A stretch of DNA of 64,000 nt from Elusimicrobiota bacterium (GCA_036676805.1 JAKFCD010000056.1:2966-66965), one strand, 5' to 3'; shown: positions 19,305-29,339, counted from the stretch's first letter. Translations and numbers: made by a program. Notes: generated by a model from the sequence alone, not told the origin.

Positions 19305-20351
19305 CTACGCTGTTTTAGCAATCTCCTTCGTCGGTGCCTGCTGGTGAGAATCGAAGAAGATGGAGTCCTCAGGCCGGAATCTGGAGGCCTCGTCCAAATA
19401 GCTTTGAATAGACATGGGGCTAGAGTGTCCCATTTCAGTCTGGAGCTGACGGAAATTCCGGACCACCATCGCGCGGTGCATGGCGAAGGTCCCCCGGAGA
19501 TCATAAGGTTTTACATGCGGGACGCCCGCCGCGCCGCGGATCTTCGCGAACAGCCGTCCGGTCGGCTGGCAGAAGTATAAGCCGGTGACGGGATGGGGCT
19601 TGATCCGGTTTAGCAGGGCTTCGAACCGCGGGCCCAGGCTCTTGATGGAGAAGTAGCGTTTGTGAATCCTCTTCCCCCGTTTTTTGAGGGTCTGGAGCCA
19701 AATCTCCCCATTATCGCGTTCGACATTGTCTTTACTGAAGAGCAGCGCTTCTGTCGGACGCGCGCCGGTCAGAATCCGGAACTCAAGGAGGTCCTTTACC
19801 GCCCCGTAGGGCATGGCACATGTGAGCAGGCTCTCGATCTCGGGCTTTCGGAGCCAGACTTCCTGGCGGGACTCGTTCTTTAGCCCCTTAACCCCGAGAA
19901 GCGGATTCCGCTTGATCAGACTTAACTGGACCGCATAGTTGAACACGCGGCGTAGGCAATCGAACTCCTTGTCCACGGTGGAACTGACGCAGCGCCGCCG
20001 CGAGAACGAGAGAGTTCCGTAGAGTCGTCCGGTCTTGTAGTTCTCCCACATCTCCAGGTCGATATCGTGGAGATTGTGCTCGCCGAAGAAGTGTTTGAGC
20101 GCCTTGGCCGAGTCTTCCTCGCGCTCGTAGCTGTTTGATTTGAGGTTCGGCTTGGCGCAGCGCGCGAGATACTTCTCATCGACGAAGCCGGCGAATATGA
20201 CGGGGGTTTTGCCGTCGGGCAGATTTGATTCCTGGCGCTGGCCGCCTTCGAGAAACTTTGTCAGATCCGCCAATGGGACGACGCGCCGAATGTACCGGTT
20301 CTCGAATCGGTACTCGAAGCGTACAGCGTCTCCATGGCGATCAATTTTCAT
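19305..20351 (-). CDS. int: Tyrosine recombinase/integrase
   Basis: LTGARPTEAL (R), KTLK-like K region, YDLRGTF (HxxR variant), EMGHSS and SIQSYL (catalytic Y). Confidence 0.92.
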   Translation of the reverse strand: MKIDRHGDAVRFEYRFENRYIRRVVPLADLTKFLEGGQRQESNLPDGKTPVIFAGFVDEKYLARCAKPNLKSNSYEREEDSAKALKHFFGEHNLHDIDLEMWENYKTGRLYGTLSFSRRRCVSSTVDKEFDCLRRVFNYAVQLSLIKRNPLLGVKGLKNESRQEVWLRKPEIESLLTCAMPYGAVKDLLEFRILTGARPTEALLFSKDNVERDNGEIWLQTLKKRGKRIHKRYFSIKSLGPRFEALLNRIKPHPVTGLYFCQPTGRLFAKIRGAAGVPHVKPYDLRGTFAMHRAMVVRNFRQLQTEMGHSSPMSIQSYLDEASRFRPEDSIFFDSHQQAPTKEIAKTA

Positions 20352-20352
20352 G
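20339..20352 (-). promoter_or_regulatory. Shared motif copy E (CATGAAAATTGATC) overlapping the integrase start codon
   Basis: Minus strand GACATGAAAATTGATCGCC; its ATG is the int start (MKIDR). Confidence 0.55.
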
Positions 20353-20409
20353 TCTTATACCTACGATCCAGCTGCCGTTTTGTTTCATCTATTTTCGGAC
20401 GTATTCGAG

Positions 20410-20709
20410 CTAGAAGTGCCGCATCCTCGGCCGGCCGGAGATGCCGATTTTCAGCCTCTTGATGAGATGGTCTACTTCTTTGCGCTCAAAGAGGAGCTTC
20501 CCCCCGATCCTGCTGGGCCGGAGGCCAAGGCGCCTGTAGTTCCGAGAGAGCCAGAAATAGCTGTGATCGAGCCGCGCGGCAGTGCGGCGGAGGTTTAGAT
20601 AGTCGTCGTCGATAAGCGGATGATCCGCGGGCGCGGCGTCGTTTTGAATGAAAGGCAGAGCCCAGGGCTCCTTCCTCATGACTTGCGTCGATTCAGTGTC
20701 TGGCTGCAA
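20410..20709 (-). CDS. xis: Excisionase/HTH_17-like DNA-binding protein
   Basis: YLNLRRTAARL...RIGGKLLFERKEVD pattern; directly upstream of int; GGAGG SD. Confidence 0.75.
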   Translation of the reverse strand: MQPDTESTQVMRKEPWALPFIQNDAAPADHPLIDDDYLNLRRTAARLDHSYFWLSRNYRRLGLRPSRIGGKLLFERKEVDHLIKRLKIGISGRPRMRHF

Positions 20710-20728
20710 TAGATTCCCTCCGTGCCGT

Positions 20729-21409
20729 CTAATATTCGAAACGTTGCGGGATATAGACCCGCAGGCCGGTTTCGGCTTCGATCGTGATGCTCTGCGTCAC
20801 CTCCTGGCGTTGGACGTCCAGCTCCTTGACCGCTTCCTGAGTGAGTCCCTGGGTTGCCGAGGAGGCGATGGGGCTGACTCCGCTCATCTCTAAGGCGGAC
20901 TGGGTCCCGTTGACGAAGGAGCGCAGCACGGTGTTGGCGACCGCCGCGTCCTTGTGGGTCTCGACCTTCCCCTTGAGGCCGGCCGCGCCGTCGAGCGACA
21001 GGGCCATTCCCGTGAACTTCACCTCGTCGCCCTTCTCGAAGACGAGCGTGTGGAAGTTGACGAGCACGCGGTCGTGGCTCTTGAGAACCGCGACCGTGCC
21101 GATGGCGCGCGTGCCCGCCGGGATGACCACGCGCCTCTGATAGACCACGTCGCGCTCCACGGCGGCGATCGCGGGGGTCTCGACGTTGAAGCTGAAGATC
21201 GCGTTCTCCAGCCGGACCGGGAAGGTGAACCCGGTCGGAAGGAAGTAGTTGGTCTTCGTGGGCGTCTTCTGCGTGACGCCCTTGAATCCTTCGGGAGGTC
21301 CCGAAGTCTCCTTCTTCTCCCGGAACGCGCGGCGGACGACCGTCTCCTGGGCCGAGACGGGCATCGACGCGAGCAAGACCACCGCCAGCAGCTTAGGGAA
21401 GCAGGTCAT
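20729..21409 (-). CDS. VirB10/TrbI/TraM-like conjugal transfer protein
   Basis: LPTGFTFPVRLENAI, VVIPAGTRAIG, RVLVNFHTLVF and ITIEAETGLRVYI; N-terminal signal/anchor. Confidence 0.85.
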   Translation of the reverse strand: MTCFPKLLAVVLLASMPVSAQETVVRRAFREKKETSGPPEGFKGVTQKTPTKTNYFLPTGFTFPVRLENAIFSFNVETPAIAAVERDVVYQRRVVIPAGTRAIGTVAVLKSHDRVLVNFHTLVFEKGDEVKFTGMALSLDGAAGLKGKVETHKDAAVANTVLRSFVNGTQSALEMSGVSPIASSATQGLTQEAVKELDVQRQEVTQSITIEAETGLRVYIPQRFEY

Positions 21410-21797
21410 TGAAGGCGAAGTGGAAGTAAGCTTTGCGGTACACTTCGCGGGCCAGCGCGTCGCGGTACTCCTCGGGCTTGCTCAGGCGGGCCAGGGCGAC
21501 CGGATGCTCGAAGGCGAAGTCGAGCGCCGCGTTGATGATGTCCGAGGCGCTCAGCGCCGGCATCAGGCGCGGACGCTCGCGGTTATAGTCCTTCATCACG
21601 CGCTTAAGCTCGTCGACGTGCTCGTCGCGCAGCACGAACCGATCATGCCGGTTGGTGAAGATGCCCTCATAGCGCCGCTTGTAGTCGAAGCGGAACAAAG
21701 GGACGACGACCGGCTTGGCCTGTCCGCTGGGCGGCAAGGGCCTGAGCGCGGGCATGGGCGGAAGGTACGGCAACGGCGGCAGTGGTGCGTGGTTCAT
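21393..21797 (-). CDS. Hypothetical protein within the transfer operon
   Basis: Tightly packed between the VirB9-like and VirB10-like genes; Pro-rich N-terminus. Confidence 0.55.
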   Translation of the reverse strand: MNHAPLPPLPYLPPMPALRPLPPSGQAKPVVVPLFRFDYKRRYEGIFTNRHDRFVLRDEHVDELKRVMKDYNRERPRLMPALSASDIINAALDFAFEHPVALARLSKPEEYRDALAREVYRKAYFHFAFNDLLP

Positions 21798-21800
21798 GTT

Positions 21801-22622
21801 CTAGAACGGATAGGGGACGGCCAGCTCGACGATTCGTCCCTTCTCCTTATCCTCCTTGAGTGCGACATGGACGGCGGCCCCGGTCCGGGGCTTTTCGAAG
21901 ACGACAAAACCTTCCCGCGTGCGACCTGGCTCGACGAAGAGCCGGACGAAGGATTTCGAGCCGATCACCTCTTGGCCGGAGCGCAAGGCGAGCTCGCGCA
22001 CGAAGAAGTCCTCGCCGCCGCGATTAGTCACGGTAACCTTGAGGATGCAGCGTCCATCGGAGCGGCTCAAACCCCGCAGGCGCAGGACTATCGAGCCCTG
22101 GGCGGCGCTCGCGTTCAGAGAGTATTTCGCGGGGTCCCTCTCGTAGGTATCGCCCACTGAATCTAAAGTTTCAGGCGCGGGAGTCGCGGCTTGAGGCGGC
22201 GCGGGCGCCTCCGGCTTGACCGCGGCCGAACTTGCGGCCACTACCGCCGGATCGACCGGAGAGCCAACTCTTCGCGGTTTTACGTACGCCTTTTGCGCGG
22301 TGGGCTTCTCGACGGGTTTCTTGGGCGTGCTCAAAGACTCGACCCGGCTCAGGAGGGCGTTGGCCTCGATCGGCGTATACCTCTGACGCACGGCCTGGGC
22401 CACCAGTCCCCAGGTCTCGGCACCCGTCATGCCTGGACCTTTCACTGCCGAGGTCGATGCCTGCGTCGCCTCGAAGGCGCCCACGAAGCCTTCCAACCGC
22501 TGGTACTGCGTCCGCGCCAGGCGCTCCGCGCCTATAGGCAAGCTGAACGCGACCGCGAGGATCACGCTCGCCAGCACCAGCAGGAACGCCGGGGCGTTAT
22601 CAGCGCTTAAATACGCTCTCAT
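21801..22622 (-). CDS. VirB9/TraN-like protein (tentative)
   Basis: N-terminal TM segment, low-complexity linker and C-terminal beta-sandwich (ILKVTVTNRGGEDFFV); position in the operon. Confidence 0.45.
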   Translation of the reverse strand: MRAYLSADNAPAFLLVLASVILAVAFSLPIGAERLARTQYQRLEGFVGAFEATQASTSAVKGPGMTGAETWGLVAQAVRQRYTPIEANALLSRVESLSTPKKPVEKPTAQKAYVKPRRVGSPVDPAVVAASSAAVKPEAPAPPQAATPAPETLDSVGDTYERDPAKYSLNASAAQGSIVLRLRGLSRSDGRCILKVTVTNRGGEDFFVRELALRSGQEVIGSKSFVRLFVEPGRTREGFVVFEKPRTGAAVHVALKEDKEKGRIVELAVPYPF

Positions 22623-23250
22623 GGTAGTCCTGGACGAGGATGCCGTAGGGCGACTCCTGGGAGCGAGGGACTTTGAGGAGCACGATGTCGTGCTCGAAGA
22701 CCACCTCGCTGGCCGCCGCGTCGGGTTTGTAGGAGCCCACTTGGCGGTAGCCCTTCACCTTGCACTCGAAAACATCGGACGTGTCCCGAATGACGCGCAG
22801 CTCGGTCAGGAACAACGTCGTCTTGGTCTGGTTCGCCTTCAGGTTCTCGACCGTGTTCTCGCGCTTGAGGAGGTCGTTGGCCTTGGTTTGGAACTCGGGA
22901 GTCATCATCGTGAAGGCCAGGCGCAGGTCGGCGTCGTAGGTGTAGGCGTTGAGTTCGATGAAAAAGCGCTCGAAGAGCGCCAGGAAGTTGCGGACCTCGG
23001 CTTCCCCCACCGGCGGCTGACGGTCGATCCCGGACAGCGTGACCGACTGCCCATTGCCATCCACCTTGATGACGACGGGCGGCCGGCGCGACTGGACCCG
23101 CAGCAGGGCCAGCGCCAGAATCGCCACGGTGATCGCGAGCCACAGCGCGGTCCACAGAGCCTTATTGGCGCTCTCCAGACCGCCCCAGACCTCGTAATAG
23201 GCCGGACGGCCGAGCAGAAGCGTCTCTGACGCGGGAGTGTTGGTCGTCAA
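22600..23250 (-). CDS. VirB8/TrbF/TraK-like protein
   Basis: Single TM then PVVIKVDGNG, EAEVRNFLALF and LRLAFTMMTPE; TTGA overlap with the upstream gene. Confidence 0.75.
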   Translation of the reverse strand: MTTNTPASETLLLGRPAYYEVWGGLESANKALWTALWLAITVAILALALLRVQSRRPPVVIKVDGNGQSVTLSGIDRQPPVGEAEVRNFLALFERFFIELNAYTYDADLRLAFTMMTPEFQTKANDLLKRENTVENLKANQTKTTLFLTELRVIRDTSDVFECKVKGYRQVGSYKPDAAASEVVFEHDIVLLKVPRSQESPYGILVQDYHESVFKR

Positions 23251-24251
23251 GCGCCTTTACCTCTCGATGCCGTCGCAGGCTTGACGGGCTTGGCCGCCTC
23301 CGGCGTGGCCGGCTTGCGGCGGCCGAACATCGTCTCGTAGGTCCGGCTCATGGTCGCGGGAATCGGATGCTGGAAGTAGGGCTCCTTGCCCTTCCCATCG
23401 GCCTTGGCCTTGCGGTAGCCGTTGATCTCCTTGCTGAGCATGGTCGCCGCACCCATCTTGCGGGCGACGACCACGGTCTGGACCGCGCCCATCGCGGCCT
23501 CGCCGAAAGCGGCGATGTTCTCGCCGGACAGCAGGCGCGCCGTCAGGATCGGCGTGCCCAGGATCAGGATGAGGAAGGTCACGTTCACTGTCAGGACGCC
23601 GATGTAGTCGTCGGCCATCCCGGCCCCGGTCGAGCCGCTCATGGGGGCGAGGGTGAGCCACACGCGCACGGCCAAGCGCAGAAAGAAGCTCCAGAACGCC
23701 ACCTGGAAGGTGTTGACGAGCCAGCCGCGCGTCACCTGGAGGGTCTTTTCATTGACCGCGCAGGCGAGCGCCAACGGGCCGAACGCGTAGAGCAGGCTCA
23801 GAAAGCAGACCTGGAGCATGATGACGACCTCTCGCACGACCATCGTTAGGAGACTGCTCAGGAATAGGAGCATGCCTTGGATCGAGGCCACGTTCTTGAT
23901 GAGAATCATCAGCGTGGGGTAAGTGGAGTCGCTTCCCTTGAGGCTCTGCGTGAGGAAGTTCCCCCATTGCTGTTCGCTCAGGATGGCGAATGACATGACC
24001 TGGGAGAGCTTGAGGATGAAGCCGAATAGGCCGTTATATGCGATCAGGCACATGCACGCGACGAGCACGCGCGTCATCAAGCCGCTATAGCTCGGGAATT
24101 CTTTGCTCTGGAGCGAGCGGACGTTCATCTCGAGGATGGTGAAGGGGATGAGGAAGCCCAGCCCCGCCACGGCGAGCGTCTTGCTGACCGCGGCCAGGCC
24201 CGAGAGCTTCATCGGAATCTGGGTGATGTCGAGCAGTAGTCCCGTGTTCAC
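23247..24251 (-). CDS. VirB6/TrbL/TraJ-like polytopic membrane protein
   Basis: Multiple TM segments including LLYAFGPLALAC; follows the VirB5-like gene with a GTGA overlap. Confidence 0.7.
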   Translation of the reverse strand: MNTGLLLDITQIPMKLSGLAAVSKTLAVAGLGFLIPFTILEMNVRSLQSKEFPSYSGLMTRVLVACMCLIAYNGLFGFILKLSQVMSFAILSEQQWGNFLTQSLKGSDSTYPTLMILIKNVASIQGMLLFLSSLLTMVVREVVIMLQVCFLSLLYAFGPLALACAVNEKTLQVTRGWLVNTFQVAFWSFFLRLAVRVWLTLAPMSGSTGAGMADDYIGVLTVNVTFLILILGTPILTARLLSGENIAAFGEAAMGAVQTVVVARKMGAATMLSKEINGYRKAKADGKGKEPYFQHPIPATMSRTYETMFGRRKPATPEAAKPVKPATASRGKGA

Positions 24252-24949
24252 TTGTCTCCTCTCTGTTCGGTCTGCCGGGGCAAGGCCCCGGGCGCGCGCT
24301 TCTCGACGCTCTTGCGGATGCTCTCGATAAGCCGCTGCTCGCCCTGCTGCTGGCGCACCTCGGTCGCAAGCCGCATGGACGAGATCTCGATGAGCCGGAG
24401 GTTGTCCTCATGGAGCTGAGTCATCATCTGGATCTGCAGACCCGCGGCCTTGGCCGAGAGGTTCGCGGCGTCCTTGGGCGAGAGACCGTTCGCCTGCTTG
24501 GCGATCTGGATGCCGACCTTGCGTCCCGAAATCACGTCGGCGAGCCCGTCGCCGGCGTAGCGCATGTTGTTGGCGATGCTACGGTCGACGCTTCCGAAGA
24601 AGCGGTCTACCTTGGTATCGGTGTTGTAGGTGTTGATGAAGTCTCGGTCCACGTTGCTCTTGAGCTCGTCGCCCATAAGCTCGGCGGTGTTCTTGAGCAT
24701 GTCCCCGACGTTGTGAAGGAGTCCCTTGCCGCTGTTGAGGCGCTGGAATTCCTTGTAGTAGCGCACGGAGGCGTCGTAGTTCTGCTTCATCATCCTGATC
24801 TGCTCGATGACCTTGAGCTTCATGAAGGCCTGGTAGGCCTTCTGCTCGGCATACTGAAGGCCGGACATGGCCGTGTCGAAGATGAGCGCGTGCGCCGGCT
24901 GCCCCCACAAGAGCAGCAGCGCCGCCGCCAAGGCGAGCTTGTTCCTCAC
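24248..24949 (-). CDS. VirB5/TrbJ-like secreted helical protein
   Basis: Signal peptide, helical Q-rich content, located between VirB4 and VirB6. Confidence 0.55.
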   Translation of the reverse strand: MRNKLALAAALLLLWGQPAHALIFDTAMSGLQYAEQKAYQAFMKLKVIEQIRMMKQNYDASVRYYKEFQRLNSGKGLLHNVGDMLKNTAELMGDELKSNVDRDFINTYNTDTKVDRFFGSVDRSIANNMRYAGDGLADVISGRKVGIQIAKQANGLSPKDAANLSAKAAGLQIQMMTQLHEDNLRLIEISSMRLATEVRQQQGEQRLIESIRKSVEKRAPGALPRQTEQRGDK

Positions 24950-27384
24950 TTTCCCTCCGAGAGCTTGAGCAGGATGTCCGTCTCAGACAGGCCGAGATTC
25001 TCCGCGCGGACCTTTTCCTCGGTCACGTGGTCCTTGGCGTCGGTCGTGCAGATCCAGTAGTCGAGCGGGCAGGGCTCAACGCGGGCGACGACGGCGCGGC
25101 CTCCGAACTTCACGAACAGGTCGGAGAAGACGCGGGGCTTGGACTGCAGGAGCTTGACCGCCTCCACCTCGTTCTCGTTCAAGTCGAACTGAGACAGCAG
25201 CTCGTGGCCCTTGGCGAGCTTGAGGACGTACTTCACGTAGGAGTTGGCGATGATGGCGTTGGCCGCCTTCGTGTCGAGGAAGTCCTTGGGCGACTGCGAG
25301 ATTGAGAAGATCGCTCCGTTGAACTTGCGCGCCGTGCGGTAGAGGTTCTCGATGAGCTCCGAACCCACGTCGTCGTTGAAGAACTTCCAGCCCTCGTCGA
25401 TGGCGATGATCTTCTTCAAGCGTCGGTTCTGCAGCTTGGCCCATATGACCGAGCGGATGACGAAGAAGTACACGCCTTGCAGGTCGGGGTGGTTCTCGAG
25501 GTTCTGCAGGTCGAAGACGACGAGACGGTTCTTGAGGTCGAGCCGGCCCTTGCGGTCGAAGAGCCGGCCGTACATGCCCGTGGTCCACAGCTCCAAGGCG
25601 TCCGCGTAGGCCTTGGCTTTCGGACGCTCGCCCGATAGGCGCGAAAGCTCCCGGCGCACGTCCGAGAGCGTGACCTCCTCTTTGCCCGCGTAGGCCGCCT
25701 TGATGGCGGTCTCGAGGAAGGCCTTCTCTGTGGTGCTCACGCTCTCCCCGGCCTTAAGGCACATCCGCGAGATGAGCAGCGAGAGGTAGGCCACGGCGTC
25801 CCCGTCGAACTCCCCTTCCGGCGCGATCTCGAAGCGCGGCGGGAAGGGGTTGAAGCCGAACTTCTCCGACAGCTCCACCTCCAGGTACTCCCCGCCGAAG
25901 GCGCGGGCGAGCTTGCGGTAGGAGCCGCCCACGTCGATGACAACGACATGATTCTCCGGCGACTCGGCCAAGTAGGCGCTCAGGATGTAGTTGGTCGTGA
26001 AGCTCTTGCCCGAGCCCGTGGTCCCCAGGATGAGCCCATGCTTGGCGGGAAGGTCGTCGTCGAAGGGATCGAGGCCGACCAGCTCGCCCAGAGGGGTCTC
26101 GAAGAGCATCTTCTTCTGCCGGCTGCCCCGCCAGGAGCCTGACAACGGCAGGAAACCCGAAAGGGCGTCGGTCTGGATGTAGAACTGCCGATTATTGAGC
26201 CGCGCGTGGCCCGGCACCGAGCCCAGGAAGAGGCGGAAGTGGTTCATATCGTCTGAAAGTCCTTCGGCCGAGGCGAAGTCATGGAAGGAGCCGAGCACCG
26301 CCGCGGTCTTGTCGCGCAAGGTCTGGGGGTCTTCCGCGCGCACGAGCACCGAGAGTGAGAAGCGGAACAGCCGCTGGGCCGTGGCGCGGATCTCGGTCAG
26401 CAGCTCGTCGAGCTCCTGGTGCTTGCGCTCGGCCTCGTAGTTCTTGCTCATGGCCGAGAAGGCGAGCGTGCGGGTAATGTTGTTCTTGAGCTTGAGGCTT
26501 GAGACCGCCTTCTCCGCGTCGAGCGTGTGGACGGTGAGGTTCAGGTCGCAGTCCGGCCACAGGCTGTCGAGCAGACGCCAGGCGTAGCCCGGGTGCGCCG
26601 TCTCCGGGAGGCGCAGCAGGCTCACGCCGCGGTAGTAGGCGTCGCCCACGCGCACGTGGTCGAACTCCTCCCTCAGGGGCGTCGCCGCCGCCTGCTCGCG
26701 CAGCGTCCGCAGGGGTGAGACGCACGAGAGGGGCAGGCCTTCGGCCTTGGCCGGGTTTAAGTGCCGGTAGGCGAGGTCGAGCAGCTCCTGCGAGTCGAGT
26801 TTCCGGGATTTGAGGCCGAGGTTGTGCAAGCGCTCGGAGACGACCTGATCGAGCGCCGCGTGCTCCTTGCGCCGCAGTGCGTCGAACTCGGCCGTGACCT
26901 GGCGCATCGGGCGCTTGAAGCGCGGAATGATGGGCGAGACGGGCACGAGCCCATCCTTGGGATGGCTGGTCACGAAGAGAAGGCAGCGCCGCCGTTGGAG
27001 AAACTTACGCTCCAGCGCCTCGCACTTCTTCTCGATGACGAGGCGAGACAAAGCGTCAGCGTCCGGGTGCGCGTTCGACCCGCGGAAGGCCCGGATCGTC
27101 TCCGGGTCGCCCTTGCGGACCTGGACGACGAACTGGAGCGTCACGTCGGCCGGCAAAGCGTTGAGGAAGGCCCGCGCCTGAGTCTCGAAGAGGTCGGCGC
27201 GCGCCGGATCGGCCAGCCGCAGGCTGTCGAGCTCCAGCTCGTAGGCCGAGGACATGGAGAGGTCCACTCCGATCAGGACGCCGTCGCCCAGGCTCCAGAG
27301 GTTGAGGAACTGGGGCAGCGGCGGGACCTTGGGCCCGCGAATCGCCTGGCGCAGCGTGGTCAGTCCCATTTCAACTCGGTTCAA
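24946..27384 (-). CDS. virB4: VirB4-family conjugation ATPase
   Basis: GTTGSGKSF Walker A, IAIDEGW Walker B, RTARKFNG and ISQSPKDF. Confidence 0.95.
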   Translation of the reverse strand: MNRVEMGLTTLRQAIRGPKVPPLPQFLNLWSLGDGVLIGVDLSMSSAYELELDSLRLADPARADLFETQARAFLNALPADVTLQFVVQVRKGDPETIRAFRGSNAHPDADALSRLVIEKKCEALERKFLQRRRCLLFVTSHPKDGLVPVSPIIPRFKRPMRQVTAEFDALRRKEHAALDQVVSERLHNLGLKSRKLDSQELLDLAYRHLNPAKAEGLPLSCVSPLRTLREQAAATPLREEFDHVRVGDAYYRGVSLLRLPETAHPGYAWRLLDSLWPDCDLNLTVHTLDAEKAVSSLKLKNNITRTLAFSAMSKNYEAERKHQELDELLTEIRATAQRLFRFSLSVLVRAEDPQTLRDKTAAVLGSFHDFASAEGLSDDMNHFRLFLGSVPGHARLNNRQFYIQTDALSGFLPLSGSWRGSRQKKMLFETPLGELVGLDPFDDDLPAKHGLILGTTGSGKSFTTNYILSAYLAESPENHVVVIDVGGSYRKLARAFGGEYLEVELSEKFGFNPFPPRFEIAPEGEFDGDAVAYLSLLISRMCLKAGESVSTTEKAFLETAIKAAYAGKEEVTLSDVRRELSRLSGERPKAKAYADALELWTTGMYGRLFDRKGRLDLKNRLVVFDLQNLENHPDLQGVYFFVIRSVIWAKLQNRRLKKIIAIDEGWKFFNDDVGSELIENLYRTARKFNGAIFSISQSPKDFLDTKAANAIIANSYVKYVLKLAKGHELLSQFDLNENEVEAVKLLQSKPRVFSDLFVKFGGRAVVARVEPCPLDYWICTTDAKDHVTEEKVRAENLGLSETDILLKLSEGK

Positions 27385-27674
27385 GCCTTATCTCCTTTCA
27401 TGCTCTCGGCGTCGTCAAACGCGCAGACCGCCTTGAAGCGGCTCGCGAGTACGTAGCGCGTCAGGTCCAGCACGTAGCCCTCCGGCTTGTTGCGCTTGAG
27501 CGCGCGGATGCCGAAGTACGTCAACAGCAGGACGACCCCGTTTGCGAACAATCCCTCGCGGTTGAAGCTGAACGCGAGGAAGAAAACGAGCAGGAGCAGC
27601 ACCCCGTCGGCCAGTTCCAGGCCGAAATATTTGTCTGGCAAGTTGACGTTGCGGTACACTTGAACTGCGTTCAT
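27381..27674 (-). CDS. VirB3-like small membrane protein
   Basis: 97 aa with two TM segments and VYRNVNLPDKYFGL; TTGA overlap with virB4. Confidence 0.7.
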   Translation of the reverse strand: MNAVQVYRNVNLPDKYFGLELADGVLLLLVFFLAFSFNREGLFANGVVLLLTYFGIRALKRNKPEGYVLDLTRYVLASRFKAVCAFDDAESMKGDKA

Positions 27675-27696
27675 ATCGGAAGCTCCGGAGTCATAA

Positions 27697-28455
27697 ATGG
27701 ATCCAATCGAGACCTATATCGCCAACGTCATCGGCATCAATATCGCCGGCCATAAAGATATGTACGAGCTTTCAAATTCATTCGGGGCCGCGCCCGTGTC
27801 GTCTACGAAGATCGATCCAGCACTTAACGGCGACCCTATGAGTCGCTTGAAGTGGAGCCGTTACAACGTGCTCCTTTGCTTTGCTCGTGCTCGCTACTAC
27901 TGCATCGACGTCTTCCGGCCTCTCTTGAACTCCTCCGAATTGCCTGACGGTCAAATGCACTTTCGTCGCCTTACCGCGCTGTTAGATTTCTTCCGCGTGA
28001 TAGGAACGTTGCTTGATTCATTGGCAGAGGAGGCGAACGTTATCTATGCGTTTGGGATTCCGAAAGACAAAGTAACGATCACTTATCTGCGCACGAAGAT
28101 GGCCGACCTTCAGAGAACAGGATCATTCGCCTCCCCTCAACAAACTGACTTCATCGCAGCCATCCTTTCTACGATTCAAGATCCGCAGTTCGAGCGAATC
28201 TTCCAGTTCCGTCACCTCGCCACCCATCGCCCGAAGCTAAAGTGGATTCCAGGAGATGGTCGCTCGATGTTTCTCCCAGTCGATCCAACTCTTGATCCGG
28301 ATAACGAGTCACTTTGGAGCGCATCGTCATTTCAGCCCAAGAACTGCCCAGCGGACACAGATCTTATTGGCATGCTGAGCAGAATCTCCGATCTCATTGA
28401 CTCCTGGTATGTTTTGACGAACCGCCACTTCGCGGAGATGTACGTAAAGCCATAG
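27697..28455 (+). CDS. HEPN-domain protein (Cthe_2314-like), putative toxin/defence RNase
   Basis: R-x4-H motif QFRHLATHR; visibly lower GC; antisense to the transfer operon. Confidence 0.65.
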   Translation: MDPIETYIANVIGINIAGHKDMYELSNSFGAAPVSSTKIDPALNGDPMSRLKWSRYNVLLCFARARYYCIDVFRPLLNSSELPDGQMHFRRLTALLDFFRVIGTLLDSLAEEANVIYAFGIPKDKVTITYLRTKMADLQRTGSFASPQQTDFIAAILSTIQDPQFERIFQFRHLATHRPKLKWIPGDGRSMFLPVDPTLDPDNESLWSASSFQPKNCPADTDLIGMLSRISDLIDSWYVLTNRHFAEMYVKP

Positions 28456-28468
28456 TCGAAGCATCCCG

Positions 28469-28505
28469 CCCGGCCCGCGGCTGCTCTCGCCGCGGACCGG
28501 CCGGG
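28469..28505. terminator. GC-rich hairpin between the convergent HEPN and ssb genes
   Basis: CCCGGCC-CGCGG...CCGCGG-ACC-GGCCGGG; no clear U-tract. Confidence 0.3.
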
Positions 28506-28512
28506 ACCGTGT

Positions 28513-29031
28513 TCAGGCGGCCGCCGCCTCCTTCTTCGGCTTCGGTTTCGGCGCGCGCACGTCCGACGGCGACTCGATGCGCTCGAGGACTTCGAGCACC
28601 TCCGCGGCCACCTCCCAGCGGAAGTTCTTGCCCTGCGGGTCCGACCAGGTGCGCAGGTAGCCCTCGACGAGCACCGCGCTGTCCTTGCCGAGCGACTCGA
28701 CCTGCGCGGCCAGCCCCCTCCAAGCCACGACCGGCACGAAGGCCTTCTGCCGGATGACGTGGTTCGCGCTGTCGCGGTAGCTGCGCGTCACCGTCAGCGT
28801 GAAAACCGCCTTCTTGTGGCCCCCCGTCACCTCCACCATCAGCGGCTTGCGCGTCAGCCGCCCGATCAGGCGCGCCGAATTCTCCTCGCCGATGGGCGCG
28901 CCGCCCTCCTGCATGCTCGGCACCGTCCCCCCGTCCGTTCCTTCTTTGTCCATGCGTTCCCTCCGTTCGTCCAGTTTCTTCATCCAAGGCGCCAAGATAT
29001 CCCCGGCGCTCCGGTACTCAAGGCCGGCCAT
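28513..29031 (-). CDS. ssb: Single-stranded DNA-binding protein
   Basis: NSARLIGRLTRKP, FTLTVTRSY, FVPVVAWRGLA and VLVEGYLRT. Start ATG 29031 overlaps the pilin stop (TGATG). Confidence 0.85.
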   Translation of the reverse strand: MAGLEYRSAGDILAPWMKKLDERRERMDKEGTDGGTVPSMQEGGAPIGEENSARLIGRLTRKPLMVEVTGGHKKAVFTLTVTRSYRDSANHVIRQKAFVPVVAWRGLAAQVESLGKDSAVLVEGYLRTWSDPQGKNFRWEVAAEVLEVLERIESPSDVRAPKPKPKKEAAAA

Positions 29032-29339
29032 CAGAAGCCTCCGGCCAGCCTCTTCATCAGCGCCATGAGCGAAGGCGCCAGGAAGATCAGCGCGCCCCCA
29101 CCGACTACGAAGCCGCCCTTCCTCATCGCGTCCTGGTCGCCGGCGGCGAGGCTGATGCCGACCCAGATGATGCCGAGCAGGAACACGCCCGGCCCCAGGA
29201 TCGTGATCAGCCAGTTGGCCGAGCCGTTGAGGAAGTTGCCGAGCTGACCCTCGTTGCCGCCGTACTGCGCGAAGGCCTGCGTCGCCGTCATGACCAACCC
29301 CGCGGCCGCCAAGGCCGCGCCCGTCGTCTTCTTGTTCAC
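29031..29339 (-). CDS. TrbC/VirB2-family conjugative pilin
   Basis: Signal peptide ending AFA followed by two hydrophobic helices (GPGVFLLGIIWVGI; VVGGGALIFLAPSL). Confidence 0.85.
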   Translation of the reverse strand: MNKKTTGAALAAAGLVMTATQAFAQYGGNEGQLGNFLNGSANWLITILGPGVFLLGIIWVGISLAAGDQDAMRKGGFVVGGGALIFLAPSLMALMKRLAGGF

